A stretch of DNA of 60,019 bases from Patescibacteria group bacterium (GTDB taxonomy: Bacteria > Patescibacteriota > Minisyncoccia > Moranbacterales > DUUL01), in assembly GCA_034658815.1 (NCBI GenBank), contig JAYEFY010000048.1, positions 1 through 60,019 on the forward strand. The letters are read 5' to 3'. The notes under the pieces were generated by a model. The model was not told the DNA's origin. It saw only the letters and a program-made list of their open reading frames with translations, and made no database searches. Both the position numbers and the translations under genes were made by a program. Below are positions 28,311 through 38,293 of the stretch, one piece after another (the stretch's first letter is position 1; the number at the start of each line of letters is the position of its first letter).

Positions 28311-29816
28311 ATGCTCAATTTCAAAAAGCAATTTTCAAATATTATCTATACGATCACTCTACTGTTCTTTGTTTGTGTAATTTTCTTGCCGGCAATATAT
28401 GTTTTGACTTACGCTGTTGGTGGAGACTTCTCTGTTTCCGAGGAGCTTTTAAAGGCTTTGGCAATTTCGTTTTTCATAGCTTTTGTTGTGATGATCATCG
28501 ATCTTGTTGTTGGAATTCCTCTAGCGTGGGTACTTGTGAGATCAAAAAGCAGATACAAGCTCTTACTGGACAATATTGTTGATTTTCCTCTCATTGTGCC
28601 AACGGCTGCTTTAGGGCTCTCGGTGTATTTATTTTGGGGAGAGTTTTGGCAAATTGGCAAAGGCATCACGTTGATAGTTTTACTTCATATTATTTTTACT
28701 ATCCCGTATGTTATCCGTTCAGTTGCCGCGGCAATCGAACAGATCGATGAAACATATAATGAAGCGGCATCAGCTCTTGGGGCATATCCTTTCACTGTTT
28801 TTAGAACGATTGATCTGCCTTTATTTAAAGACGGAGTTATTGTCGGTTCAGTTCTGGCCTTTACGAGAAGTTTATCGGAGACGGGAGCGACAATGATGGT
28901 AGCCAGCGCTGTTTCAATGACGGCGCCTGTTTTTATTGTTAATTTAAAACACAGCGGAGATATTCCACAGGCAGCCGCAGCCAGTATAATTCTGATCGTT
29001 TTATCTCTCGCTGTCCTGATTGTCGCGAAGTTTCTAACGAGGAAAAAACATTTTAAGTTTGAGGTAGTTCATTTTAATCTGGAGAAGCATTTGAGCGGGT
29101 TGTCGCGGATCAGAAATTGCTTTTTAGCGCTGTTTTTTTCTGTCATGGTTGTCATACCGACCGTCTATATAATCTTTTATAATTTTTTCAATTTTAATCC
29201 TGTTTTTAATTCAGTAATATTGAAGAGTTTTCTGGTCTCTTTCGGAATTGCTTTTTTTGTTACAATTATAGGATTGATCTTCGCGATTCCGATGGCCTAT
29301 TTTATAGCGCGCGGCAAGAGCAGAAAATTAAGCGTGCTGTTTGAAAACTTACACGATGTTGTTTTGCTTGTTCCGACAAGCGCTCTCGGAGTATCTCTTG
29401 CATTATTCTGGGGCAGGCTGAATTTCAGCGAGATCTTTATTTTAGCATTAAGCCATTTAAGCTTTACCTTCCCATTGCTTGTAAAGCCGATTACGGCGGC
29501 TATAAAAAATGTTGACCATAAAATTGAAGAAGCCGCCGCCGGGCTTGGCGCAAAACGAAAAAAAGTTCTGACTTCCATCATGCTCCCTTTGGTTGCGCCT
29601 GCCATTATTGCCGGAAGCATTATGGCTTTTATGAGAAGCTTATCGGAAACAGGGGCGACTTTGGCGGTTAGCAAGAATATAAAAACAGTCTCGATTCTAA
29701 TCGTGGATCTGGTAAAAAACGGCCAAATACCGGAGGCGGGATTTTTATGTTTTATCCTGTTCATAATAGCGTTTGCATTTTTAATAGTGTTGAAAAGAAC
29801 AAAAAAAGAAGTTTAA
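28311..29816 (+). CDS. ABC transporter permease with two fused TM domains (FbpB/ThiP/CysTW-like)
   Basis: Two EAA-x3-G loops and two RSLSETGAT motifs. Confidence 0.88.
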   Translation: MLNFKKQFSNIIYTITLLFFVCVIFLPAIYVLTYAVGGDFSVSEELLKALAISFFIAFVVMIIDLVVGIPLAWVLVRSKSRYKLLLDNIVDFPLIVPTAALGLSVYLFWGEFWQIGKGITLIVLLHIIFTIPYVIRSVAAAIEQIDETYNEAASALGAYPFTVFRTIDLPLFKDGVIVGSVLAFTRSLSETGATMMVASAVSMTAPVFIVNLKHSGDIPQAAAASIILIVLSLAVLIVAKFLTRKKHFKFEVVHFNLEKHLSGLSRIRNCFLALFFSVMVVIPTVYIIFYNFFNFNPVFNSVILKSFLVSFGIAFFVTIIGLIFAIPMAYFIARGKSRKLSVLFENLHDVVLLVPTSALGVSLALFWGRLNFSEIFILALSHLSFTFPLLVKPITAAIKNVDHKIEEAAAGLGAKRKKVLTSIMLPLVAPAIIAGSIMAFMRSLSETGATLAVSKNIKTVSILIVDLVKNGQIPEAGFLCFILFIIAFAFLIVLKRTKKEV

Positions 29817-29832
29817 CCATAACTCGACAATT

Positions 29833-30924
29833 ATGCCAAATATAAAATTAAAAAATGTAACAAAAAAGTTCAGATCAATAAGCGGCAAAGAAAAAGATGA
29901 AATAATTACGGCTGTTGACAATGTAAGCGTTGAGATCAAAGCGCATAGCTATAATACTGTTCTTGGGCCATCCGGATGCGGAAAGACAACCTTGCTTCGC
30001 ATGATTGCCGGACTGGAAATGCCTACTAAAGGCAAAATATTTTTCAACGGCAAAAATGTCACAAATCTTCCACCGGAAGAAAAGAACATAGGATTTGTTT
30101 TTCAGCACTATTCTCTTTTTCCGCATATGGACGTTTGGCATAATGTCGGTTACGGGCCGTTAGTCAGGAACTTTCCGAAAGAAAAAGCCGACAAGTTTGT
30201 TTACAAAGTTCTTAAAATGGTGAAATTGGACGATCGTTTCAACGCGTATCCAAAAGAACTTTCCGGTGGAATGAAACAGCGAACCGCCGTGGCAAGAGCG
30301 CTGGCGGTAAGGGCAAAACTTTTACTTTTGGACGAGCCTCTTGGCGCGCTCGATGCCCGCATTGGAACGGCTTTACGATATGAATTGATGAATCTTGTTA
30401 AGAAATATAAATTGACGGCAATTCATGTAACGCATAATCAAGAAGAAGCCATGACGATCTCTGACAACATAATTATGATGAAAAGAGGAAGGATAATTCA
30501 AACTGGATCGCCGAAAGAGATTTACCGAAAACCAAACTCGATCTTCTCCGCTTATTTTCTAGGCAGGTGCAATTTTTTCAGATGTGATGTTGTAGATAAA
30601 AATCACGTGAAGTTTCGAAATACTATTGTTGAGATTCCGAAAAGTGTAGAGAAAAGAAGGGTTATTCTTGGTGTTCGTCCGGAGAAAATTCACATAAACA
30701 GTAAAGTAAGAGAAGAAAATATTCAAGGCGCTATTGAGTCTATTAATTTTCTTGGTGATCGCTGGCAGTACAGGATCAAATTATTTGATGGAACCAAAGT
30801 CAGTGCCTTAAAAAGAAGCGAGGTCAAATTTGGGATCGGGGACAAGGTATCAATGAATTTTTATACTGACAATATTTTAATGTTTGACGAACCGGAAAAT
30901 TTTGAAAAAGAAAGATCGGTGTAA
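29833..30924 (+). CDS. ABC transporter ATP-binding subunit (PotA/FbpC/CysA-like, with TOBE domain)
   Basis: GPSGCGKTT, LSGGMKQR, LLLDEP. Confidence 0.93.
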   Translation: MPNIKLKNVTKKFRSISGKEKDEIITAVDNVSVEIKAHSYNTVLGPSGCGKTTLLRMIAGLEMPTKGKIFFNGKNVTNLPPEEKNIGFVFQHYSLFPHMDVWHNVGYGPLVRNFPKEKADKFVYKVLKMVKLDDRFNAYPKELSGGMKQRTAVARALAVRAKLLLLDEPLGALDARIGTALRYELMNLVKKYKLTAIHVTHNQEEAMTISDNIIMMKRGRIIQTGSPKEIYRKPNSIFSAYFLGRCNFFRCDVVDKNHVKFRNTIVEIPKSVEKRRVILGVRPEKIHINSKVREENIQGAIESINFLGDRWQYRIKLFDGTKVSALKRSEVKFGIGDKVSMNFYTDNILMFDEPENFEKERSV

Positions 30925-31128
30925 AAATAGGTATTAAGCATTTAGCATTGAACCCAAAAGGGTTTTTACGGGATAGGTTTGCGCACTCGCTACAATATTT
31001 TATTGTGCAATCACGATAAAAAAACAGTAAAAGTTATTTTTTCTTTCTTGCAAAAACGCGCTTGCTCCGATACAATGAAGAAAGCTCGTTAGCGTGTTTA
31101 GCAGTGGCAAAGAGACAATATTAAATAA

Positions 31129-32211
31129 ATGAAAATTGGAATCGACGCATCGCGCGCGTTTTTGAAACAGCGTACAGGCATTGAGGAGTATGCTTATCAA
31201 GTGATAAAACACCTGAGAGGAAAGCTTGATGATCATGAAGTTTTTATTTATGTCCGTAAATGGAATTCCGGAAAAATTGACTTTGAACTTCCTGATAATT
31301 GGCGCGTCAAAGAAATTCCGTATATCTACGGATGGACACAGGTTGGATTGGCGTTTGATATACTATTCAATCCTATAGATGTTTTCTTTTCGCCGGCGCA
31401 TACGACAGCGATCATTCATCCCGAAAAGACAATAGTTACGATACACGGACTTGAATACGAGCACTGTCCTGAAAATTATTCCACGTATGCCAGGTTGTTT
31501 CACCGTTTTTTTATAAAAAAAAGCTGTGCGTGGGCAACAGAAATTATTGCCGTTTCACGAAATACCAAGAAAGACCTTATAAACCTTTACAATGCTCCGA
31601 AAGAAAAGATAACCGTTGTTTATAACGGATATGAAAGAAACAGCTTCGAAACCGGAACCGAAAGAATAAGTGAAACGCCGTATGTTTTTTATATCGGAAG
31701 ACTTGAGCAAAGGAAAAATATTATAGGGATCATTAAAGCGTTTGAAATCCTTAAGAAGCGATATAAATACCATGGATCACTGTTTTTGGCTGGGAATTCC
31801 GGTCATGGGTATGATGCGATTCAAAGTACGATTGCTAAAAGTAAATTTAAAAAAGATATTAAACAGTTTGGATTTATAAGCGAGACTGAGAAATGGAATT
31901 ATCTTAAATACGCGGATGTTTTTTTATTTCCCTCTTTTTGTGAAGGATTTGGAATTCCGATTATCGAAGCGCAAAGCATTGAAACTCCCGTTGTCACGTC
32001 AAAGATCGGTCCGCTTGATGAAACAGCCGGAAATGACGAAATATGCGTCGATCCTTATAGTCCGAATGATATTGCGCAAAAAGCGCATTTGCTTATAGAC
32101 GATCCGGACTTTCGGAGCAATGTAATCATGAAAGGAAAGGAAAACGTAAAAAGATTTTCGTGGGAAAAATGCGCATGCAGCGTAACCGGTATTATCGAAA
32201 GATGCCAATAG
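31129..32211 (+). CDS. Glycosyltransferase family 4 (GT-B)
   Basis: IGIDAS, TIHGL, YIGRLEQRKN, FPSFCEGFGIPIIEA. Confidence 0.92.
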   Translation: MKIGIDASRAFLKQRTGIEEYAYQVIKHLRGKLDDHEVFIYVRKWNSGKIDFELPDNWRVKEIPYIYGWTQVGLAFDILFNPIDVFFSPAHTTAIIHPEKTIVTIHGLEYEHCPENYSTYARLFHRFFIKKSCAWATEIIAVSRNTKKDLINLYNAPKEKITVVYNGYERNSFETGTERISETPYVFYIGRLEQRKNIIGIIKAFEILKKRYKYHGSLFLAGNSGHGYDAIQSTIAKSKFKKDIKQFGFISETEKWNYLKYADVFLFPSFCEGFGIPIIEAQSIETPVVTSKIGPLDETAGNDEICVDPYSPNDIAQKAHLLIDDPDFRSNVIMKGKENVKRFSWEKCACSVTGIIERCQ

Positions 32212-32259
32212 TAGTAATGCGCTTAGTCGCAAGCTAATACAATATATTCATTTTTTGTT

Positions 32260-33984
32260 ATGAAACTTGAACAACTGACAATAAAGAACATCAAAAGTTT
32301 TAGGGACGAACAAACAGTTTCATTCAAAAGTGATCTCAATATATTTATTGGCTCAAACGCGAGCGGAAAGAATAATTTGCTGGATATTATCCATATTGTT
32401 ACGAGTTACTATTTTGTGTACCCATGGAAGCTTAAAGCAGTTGCAAAGCAGGGTTTAGCATTCTCATATGCTGTTATTGATAGTATTTATGATGGCAGAA
32501 AACATTTTGAGCCAATAGAGCAGTTTCTTGACAGAAACATTTTCGCTCAACAGGAAGAACAGCTTATTAAAATATCATTTCGGGTAACAAGCTCTGACGT
32601 CGAGAGCTTAAAAACGATCAAAAAATACGAGGAAGCGCTGAAAAAGATAGAGCGCCGGAAGTTTCACAAATTATATTTGGGTGATTTTAGCCTTAAGGGA
32701 GTAAATATTGATAAATTTACCGATAAAATATTTGAATATCAGATCATAGGCAATGAACCGATAGCCAGCGAGGATCAGCATAGAGCGGACATTTTTTTAA
32801 ATTATTTGCACTATCATGAACTCATAAGATTTTATATCAATAAGTACAATGAAGATGTAACGGAAACATATCGCATTAGAAACTTATTGCCAATTTCTCA
32901 ATATCTCTCCTCATTAAGAACCTCGGCGGCTCAAGCAGCCGAAAGACTCTTAGAGCTTGACAAAAAAATAGATCCGCTCAAAGGATTCGAAGAAGATTTT
33001 GTAATTTTTACGCTTGGAAAGCAAAATGAACAGGCAGTTTCAAAAGGAAAAAAACAGATCATTAAGGGAAAAAAAAATGAAGAACTGTTAAAGAGCATTA
33101 TTAAAAAATTAGGATATGAAAGTATCATGCTTTGTAAAAGTGAAAAACATGAAGGATACGAATTATCATTAAAAAAAGATCGCAATCAAAAATATTTTTC
33201 GAAAGCCAGTACCGGAGAATTACAAATACTCAATTTTTTGCTTTCAGTAATTACCAGTTGCATTTATGGCGGCACGGTGATAATTGGCGAGCCAGAAATT
33301 CATTTATATCCGCAGCGACAGCGTATCATGCTTGATCTGTTCCGTAAACTTTCTAAATTATTTGATCTGCAGTTTATTATCATTACTCACTCTCCTTATA
33401 TGATCGATGCCAAGTCGATTACCAGCACATTCAGGGTATATAAAGAAAACGAGAGTAGTAGAGTTTATTCACCGAACCAAACAATTTTTGAAGAAACGGA
33501 TTCTTGCGATCTTGTGCTGATAATCAACGTGCTTAACAATGAAAAAATATTTTTTTCAGAGAAAGTGGTATTGGTGGAAGGAATCGCGGATCGTATTATA
33601 TTTGAAATAATATTACGCATATTGCAAGAAAAGAAGAATAATTTTGAAACAATAGAGATCATTGATGTTTTTGGAAAAGGAAATCTTAAACGTTTCAAAA
33701 ATTTTCTCGCGGAATGGAACATAAAAAGTTATATTATTGCTGATGATGATTATGCAGACGATCTTTTACGGGAGCACAAGCGAAAAATTGAAAAAAAGGA
33801 ATTTATTGCGAGTCTTTGGAAAGAAAGCGTTTATATTCTACCCAAAGGCGATTTAGAGGATTATTTTCATGAAGGTCATTTTGATATTGATGAAGCGATA
33901 GAAATTGCTCAGCAAATTCAGAATAAAGATAGAATAATACCGGATGAACTCAGGACAATACTTGAAGAAATTATTCGCGGTTAA
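32260..33984 (+). CDS. OLD-family ATP-dependent nuclease (ABC-ATPase + TOPRIM)
   Basis: IKNIKSF, GSNASGKN, ASTGE signature, EPEIHLYP, IITHSP, LVEGIAD, IADDD. Confidence 0.85.
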   Translation: MKLEQLTIKNIKSFRDEQTVSFKSDLNIFIGSNASGKNNLLDIIHIVTSYYFVYPWKLKAVAKQGLAFSYAVIDSIYDGRKHFEPIEQFLDRNIFAQQEEQLIKISFRVTSSDVESLKTIKKYEEALKKIERRKFHKLYLGDFSLKGVNIDKFTDKIFEYQIIGNEPIASEDQHRADIFLNYLHYHELIRFYINKYNEDVTETYRIRNLLPISQYLSSLRTSAAQAAERLLELDKKIDPLKGFEEDFVIFTLGKQNEQAVSKGKKQIIKGKKNEELLKSIIKKLGYESIMLCKSEKHEGYELSLKKDRNQKYFSKASTGELQILNFLLSVITSCIYGGTVIIGEPEIHLYPQRQRIMLDLFRKLSKLFDLQFIIITHSPYMIDAKSITSTFRVYKENESSRVYSPNQTIFEETDSCDLVLIINVLNNEKIFFSEKVVLVEGIADRIIFEIILRILQEKKNNFETIEIIDVFGKGNLKRFKNFLAEWNIKSYIIADDDYADDLLREHKRKIEKKEFIASLWKESVYILPKGDLEDYFHEGHFDIDEAIEIAQQIQNKDRIIPDELRTILEEIIRG

Positions 33985-34021
33985 TTCTATGCGGAAAATT
34001 GATAAACCATGAAGAATGTTA

Positions 34022-35137
34022 ATGAAAAAAATTGCTTTTGTCCACGATTTTCTGTTATATTTTGGCGGCGCTGAAGGAACACTTAAAGTAATGGCCGAAC
34101 TCTGTCCAAACGCGCCGATCTACACGCTATTAAGTAATAAATCAATTTCAAAAAAATATTTTGGCAATGCAACGGTTATCGAATCATTTCTAAAAAAAGC
34201 GCCGGAATTTTTAAAGAAGAGGCACAAATACCTTTTTCCTCTAATGCCGACAGCGGTTGAAACGTTCAATTTGCGCGATTATGACATTATTATTTCCTCA
34301 TCATCGGCGTTCGCGAAAGGAATCGTGGTTAAGCCAAGGATAACCCATGTTTGTTATATGCACGCTCCAATGCGCTATGTTTGGGACAGTAGTCTTGAAT
34401 ATCTTGAGCAACAAAAATTAAAAGGGAAGACCAAATTGGCGACGCGGCTTCTGCTGAATTATCTGCGGATGTGGGACAGGGCGAGTGCTGAACGAATCGA
34501 TGTGCTGATCGCGAATTCGCGCTATACTGCGCAAAGAATCAGAAAATATTACCGAAAGAAATCACATATCATCTATCCGCCGGTTAACATAGAAAAATTT
34601 TCACCGACAAAAGAACATGATAATTACTTTCTCACTGTTGGAAGGCTTTCACCATATAAGCGGACGAAACTCATGATTGATGTTTTTTCGAAACTTGATC
34701 TTCCGCTTGTGGTTGTCGGAGCAGGAGAAGAATATAATGAGCTTAAGGCGATGGTTGCGGGAGAGCCGAACATTAAACTTATCGGATGGGTTGGAGAAAA
34801 AAAGTTAACAAAGCTCTATCAGAATGCCCGTGCTTTTGTGTGCGCTTCGGAAGATGATTTTAACATAACAGCGGTCGAGGCAATGGCGGCCGGAAAACCG
34901 GTTATTGCTTTGCGAAAAGGAGGAGTGAAAGAAACGGTGATTGAGGGTGTAACGGGTGAATTTTTTGACACTCCTCAAATGGAAATTATGGCTGACGGAA
35001 TACGGCGTTTCATAGAAAATGAACATTCCTATGATATTAAAGATATCAGGGAAAATGCTGAAAGGTTCGATACAAAAAGATTCAAAAAAATATTCTCGCG
35101 ATTTATTGAAACAGTAGCCAGTAATAATGGAAATTAA
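34022..35137 (+). CDS. Glycosyltransferase family 4
   Basis: AFVHDFL...GGAE, VGRLSPYKR, EDDFNITAVEAMAAGKPV. Confidence 0.92.
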   Translation: MKKIAFVHDFLLYFGGAEGTLKVMAELCPNAPIYTLLSNKSISKKYFGNATVIESFLKKAPEFLKKRHKYLFPLMPTAVETFNLRDYDIIISSSSAFAKGIVVKPRITHVCYMHAPMRYVWDSSLEYLEQQKLKGKTKLATRLLLNYLRMWDRASAERIDVLIANSRYTAQRIRKYYRKKSHIIYPPVNIEKFSPTKEHDNYFLTVGRLSPYKRTKLMIDVFSKLDLPLVVVGAGEEYNELKAMVAGEPNIKLIGWVGEKKLTKLYQNARAFVCASEDDFNITAVEAMAAGKPVIALRKGGVKETVIEGVTGEFFDTPQMEIMADGIRRFIENEHSYDIKDIRENAERFDTKRFKKIFSRFIETVASNNGN

Positions 35138-36041
35138 TAGAAAACAATGGAATTATCTTCAGCGCGTGAATGAAAAACACACCCTTTCCCACGCGTATTT
35201 ATTTGCCGGATCTGAAGGTACGGGAAAGTTAAATATGGCTATAGACTTTGCGTGCTTGGTAAATGATATCAAAAATAAAGATATTGTTCGCAACAAACAG
35301 CACCCCGATGTGATTATTGTCGAGCCGGCAGTAGAAGAAAAAAACGGAAAATGGAGGAAAAAAGATATTTCAATTGATCAAGTAAAGAACGTGATCAAAA
35401 AAGCAAGCTTTTATACATATCAATCAAGATATAAAGTGGTGATTATTTCTGAAGTTGAGCGTCTCACCAACACCGCGGCGAATAGTTTGTTAAAATTTGT
35501 CGAGGAGCCGGCAAAAGATATAATAATCTGCCTGATCTCCAGCAATGAAGATCGTGTAATTGCAACAATAAGGTCGCGATGCCAGCCAATTCGTTTTGGG
35601 CTTTATGACGATGATGATATTGCCAATTTTTTAAAGATTCGATTTCCTGAAAAGCAGCAGGAAGAAATTAAAATTTGCACAGAGCTTTCTCATGGAAGAG
35701 TTAGATTTGCTCTCCGTTTTTGTGAAAGCCGTGAAGTTAGAATAAACGCAGGCAAGAACAAGCAGATTTTTCGTGAAGCGCTTAAAGGAGGCATTCTTGA
35801 AGGACTGGCTCTTTCGGAATTTTTAGGTAATGATCGATTCGCGCTTCTCCAAGCAATGGATGAATGGGTTTGGTTTTTACGCGGATTTTTAAAAGAAAAT
35901 ATCAAAATGGGGCAAGACCGGAGCGTCACCAAGAAAGTACACTCGATCATTCTATCGCTTGTTACTCTGAAAGCTTGTGTTGAGAATGAAAATGTTAACT
36001 CTCGCATCCAAATGGATAATTTTTTTGTACAATTGTCATAA
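35127..36041 (+). CDS. holB: DNA polymerase III delta-prime subunit
   Basis: SHAYLFAG, HPDV, ISIDQVK, AANSLLKFVEEP, TIRSRC. Confidence 0.9.
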   Translation: MEINRKQWNYLQRVNEKHTLSHAYLFAGSEGTGKLNMAIDFACLVNDIKNKDIVRNKQHPDVIIVEPAVEEKNGKWRKKDISIDQVKNVIKKASFYTYQSRYKVVIISEVERLTNTAANSLLKFVEEPAKDIIICLISSNEDRVIATIRSRCQPIRFGLYDDDDIANFLKIRFPEKQQEEIKICTELSHGRVRFALRFCESREVRINAGKNKQIFREALKGGILEGLALSEFLGNDRFALLQAMDEWVWFLRGFLKENIKMGQDRSVTKKVHSIILSLVTLKACVENENVNSRIQMDNFFVQLS

Positions 36042-36097
36042 ATTTTGCGCATTCGTGAAATTGTTATAAGCTGCAATAAGCAAAGATCTTCATTATT

Positions 36098-37273
36098 ATG
36101 AATTTAAAACACAAACAAAATAAAACAAGATCAATAATCTCATCTCTCTTAGCAATTTTTCATGGCGTAGCGTTTTATATGCTGCTTGTGCTGCTTGTCG
36201 CGGGATCACTTTTTGGATTCAAGGTGTATTCGCAGGAACAAAAAATGCAAGTGCAGGTTCGAGGAACAAAAGATGTTGTGAAAGGATCGTCAATCACGAT
36301 TTGCTTTTCATCGAAAATGCTTAAAAAAACAGTGCAAGACAATATGGCAGTTGAGCCAAAACTGGATATGCAAATAACATGGAGCAGTGACAGTGAAATT
36401 GAATTAATACCGACGCAACATCTTCACCCGCAAACAGATTACAAGATAAAAATCAACGGAGCAAAGACAAAATGGAGAGTTTCACAGGATGACTTTGAAA
36501 TATCGTTTTCATCGCCGCCTTTTCCTCTGATAAAAAAAATATATCCTTCCAACGGCCAGGAAAATATCGATTATTATGAAAAAATTATGATCGAGTTCGA
36601 TCGATCGATAAGAGATGAGTATATTATGGATGTTAAAATCAAACCATTAACCGGATTTGAATATTCATACAATGAAAACAAAACACAGCTTGTAATTGCG
36701 CCAAAAACCAGTCTGGAAAAAAGTACTGAATATACCATTGCCATTTATCTTAAACATCGGTATTTTCCAGATATTAATAAACTGCTTTATTCCGGAGCGT
36801 TCACGACAAAACAGCCTCCGACAGTTGTCTATAATTTTGATAAAAACGGCAATCCGCTTAAAACCGAAGAGCGAAGGGAAGATATCGTGCCGCAAATAAA
36901 AGAAGGAAGATGCATCGAAATCGATATTTCTTCCCAATCGTTATTTATCTTTCAAGACAGCGAAGAAATTGGCGCTTATAAAATATCAACCGGCAAAAGA
37001 GGTATGGACACGCCCTCCGGAACATATAAGATAATTGCAAAATCGCGCAGGCCTTGGTCCGCAAAATACAAACTTTACATGCCTTGGTTCATGCAGTTTA
37101 CTTATGAAGGCCATGGCATTCATGAACTTCCGGAATGGCCGGGTGGATACAAGGAAGGAGCGAACCATCTTGGCATTCCCGTTTCGCATGGATGTGTACG
37201 GCTTGGCGTTGGCCCGGCAAAAGTGGTGTATGATTTTGTCGAGACCGGAACTCCGGTGGTAATTCATAGATAA
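36098..37273 (+). CDS. L,D-transpeptidase (YkuD) with N-terminal TM and Ig-like (Big_5-type) domains
   Basis: IEIDISSQ, ISTGK...TPSG, HGIH...SHGCVRL. Confidence 0.88.
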   Translation: MNLKHKQNKTRSIISSLLAIFHGVAFYMLLVLLVAGSLFGFKVYSQEQKMQVQVRGTKDVVKGSSITICFSSKMLKKTVQDNMAVEPKLDMQITWSSDSEIELIPTQHLHPQTDYKIKINGAKTKWRVSQDDFEISFSSPPFPLIKKIYPSNGQENIDYYEKIMIEFDRSIRDEYIMDVKIKPLTGFEYSYNENKTQLVIAPKTSLEKSTEYTIAIYLKHRYFPDINKLLYSGAFTTKQPPTVVYNFDKNGNPLKTEERREDIVPQIKEGRCIEIDISSQSLFIFQDSEEIGAYKISTGKRGMDTPSGTYKIIAKSRRPWSAKYKLYMPWFMQFTYEGHGIHELPEWPGGYKEGANHLGIPVSHGCVRLGVGPAKVVYDFVETGTPVVIHR

Positions 37274-37457
37274 AACATTGAAACTTGAGCAGTTTCAGAT
37301 AATACGGCGCGGATATTTTTCCTGTGCCGTTTTTGTTGTTTTGGACAGTAGATAGTAAAAATATACAATCAACTATGACTGAAGAAACACCCATATTTGT
37401 GGCAAAGGAACAAATACAGAAAAACAGCAAATTAAAAGGCACTTTTTCATAAAACCC

Positions 37458-37486
37458 TTGACATATAATATCCGCAGTGCTATGTT
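37458..37486 (+). promoter_or_regulatory. Sigma70 promoter
   Basis: TTGACA-17 nt-TATGTT with an extended -10 TG. Confidence 0.6.
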
Positions 37487-37586
37487 TGGACGTTCGACAG
37501 AGTATGGAATTGTTTTTTTCGCAAATCGAAAATGGGAATTTTCATGACTGAAAAATCGTTTTTTCACAAAATGAGAGGAGAAATAA

Positions 37587-37991
37587 ATGAACAACGAAGA
37601 AAGAAGATTTGTAAAGTGGGGAAAAATAATGATGTTGACGATAGCCTTAGGATCCTTCTTGATCCTCGCAACACTTTTTGTCTTTTGTTTTCGCTCTCAC
37701 GAATATGACAGAAATGAATTATTGGAATTCAAGACTGTCGCCAGTTCTCTGTCTACCGCCATTGAAATCGTGAAAGTGGTTCACGGTCCGATAAAAGCAA
37801 GCGGACAAGATCTGGATATTGATGGTGACAATATGAATGATTATTATATTGTCACTGAAACCGAAATCGTTTTTGCCACATCTTTCAGGAGATTGATTCA
37901 GGGTCAAGATACCGCTGAAGAACATACTTGGCGCCGAATACCGATTGAGCAATTCAAAAACGCAAGGCCGGGAGAATATCCGACCCGCTAA
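37587..37991 (+). CDS. Hypothetical membrane-anchored protein
   Basis: SD GAGGAG, N-terminal TM, DLDIDGDNMND (Dx[DN]xDG-like loop); own promoter and terminator. Confidence 0.7.
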   Translation: MNNEERRFVKWGKIMMLTIALGSFLILATLFVFCFRSHEYDRNELLEFKTVASSLSTAIEIVKVVHGPIKASGQDLDIDGDNMNDYYIVTETEIVFATSFRRLIQGQDTAEEHTWRRIPIEQFKNARPGEYPTR

Positions 37992-38014
37992 TTCAAAAAA
38001 TAAGTTCGTTGATC

Positions 38015-38049
38015 AAAAAAAGCTATCGGCTAAAGTCGGTAGCTTTTTA
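38015..38049 (+). terminator. Intrinsic terminator
   Basis: AAAAAGCTATCGGC-TAAA-GTCGGTAGCTTTTT. Confidence 0.7.
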
Positions 38050-38184
38050 GTTTTAAGACAAATAGTTTTATTTACAAAAATGGAAGCACAAGATCTTCAA
38101 AAACAAAAAGGCATGATATTTTAAAATGTCATTGCAATCTAAAAAGGCCATAGTGACAAATCGCCGGTAAAATGTGCTACAATA

Positions 38185-38259
38185 GAACTATCTCCAAACT
38201 AATATCTGCCCCGTCTTTCGCAGGCAATAAGGCAGGGAAGCTAGTTTGAAAACAATCCC
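38185..38259. mobile_element. Degenerate MITE-like copy
   Basis: GAACTATCTCCAAACTAATATCTGCC ... GGCAGGGAAGCTAGTTTGAAAACAATCCC. Confidence 0.6.
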
Positions 38260-38293
38260 ATTATAAAAATAAATAAAATTTTAAAACAAAATT

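Noticed and set aside
5779-33984. Gabija system formed by PcrA plus the OLD nuclease
   Set aside because: The genes are 24 kb apart and the helicase is a full-length housekeeping PcrA, not an adjacent GajB.
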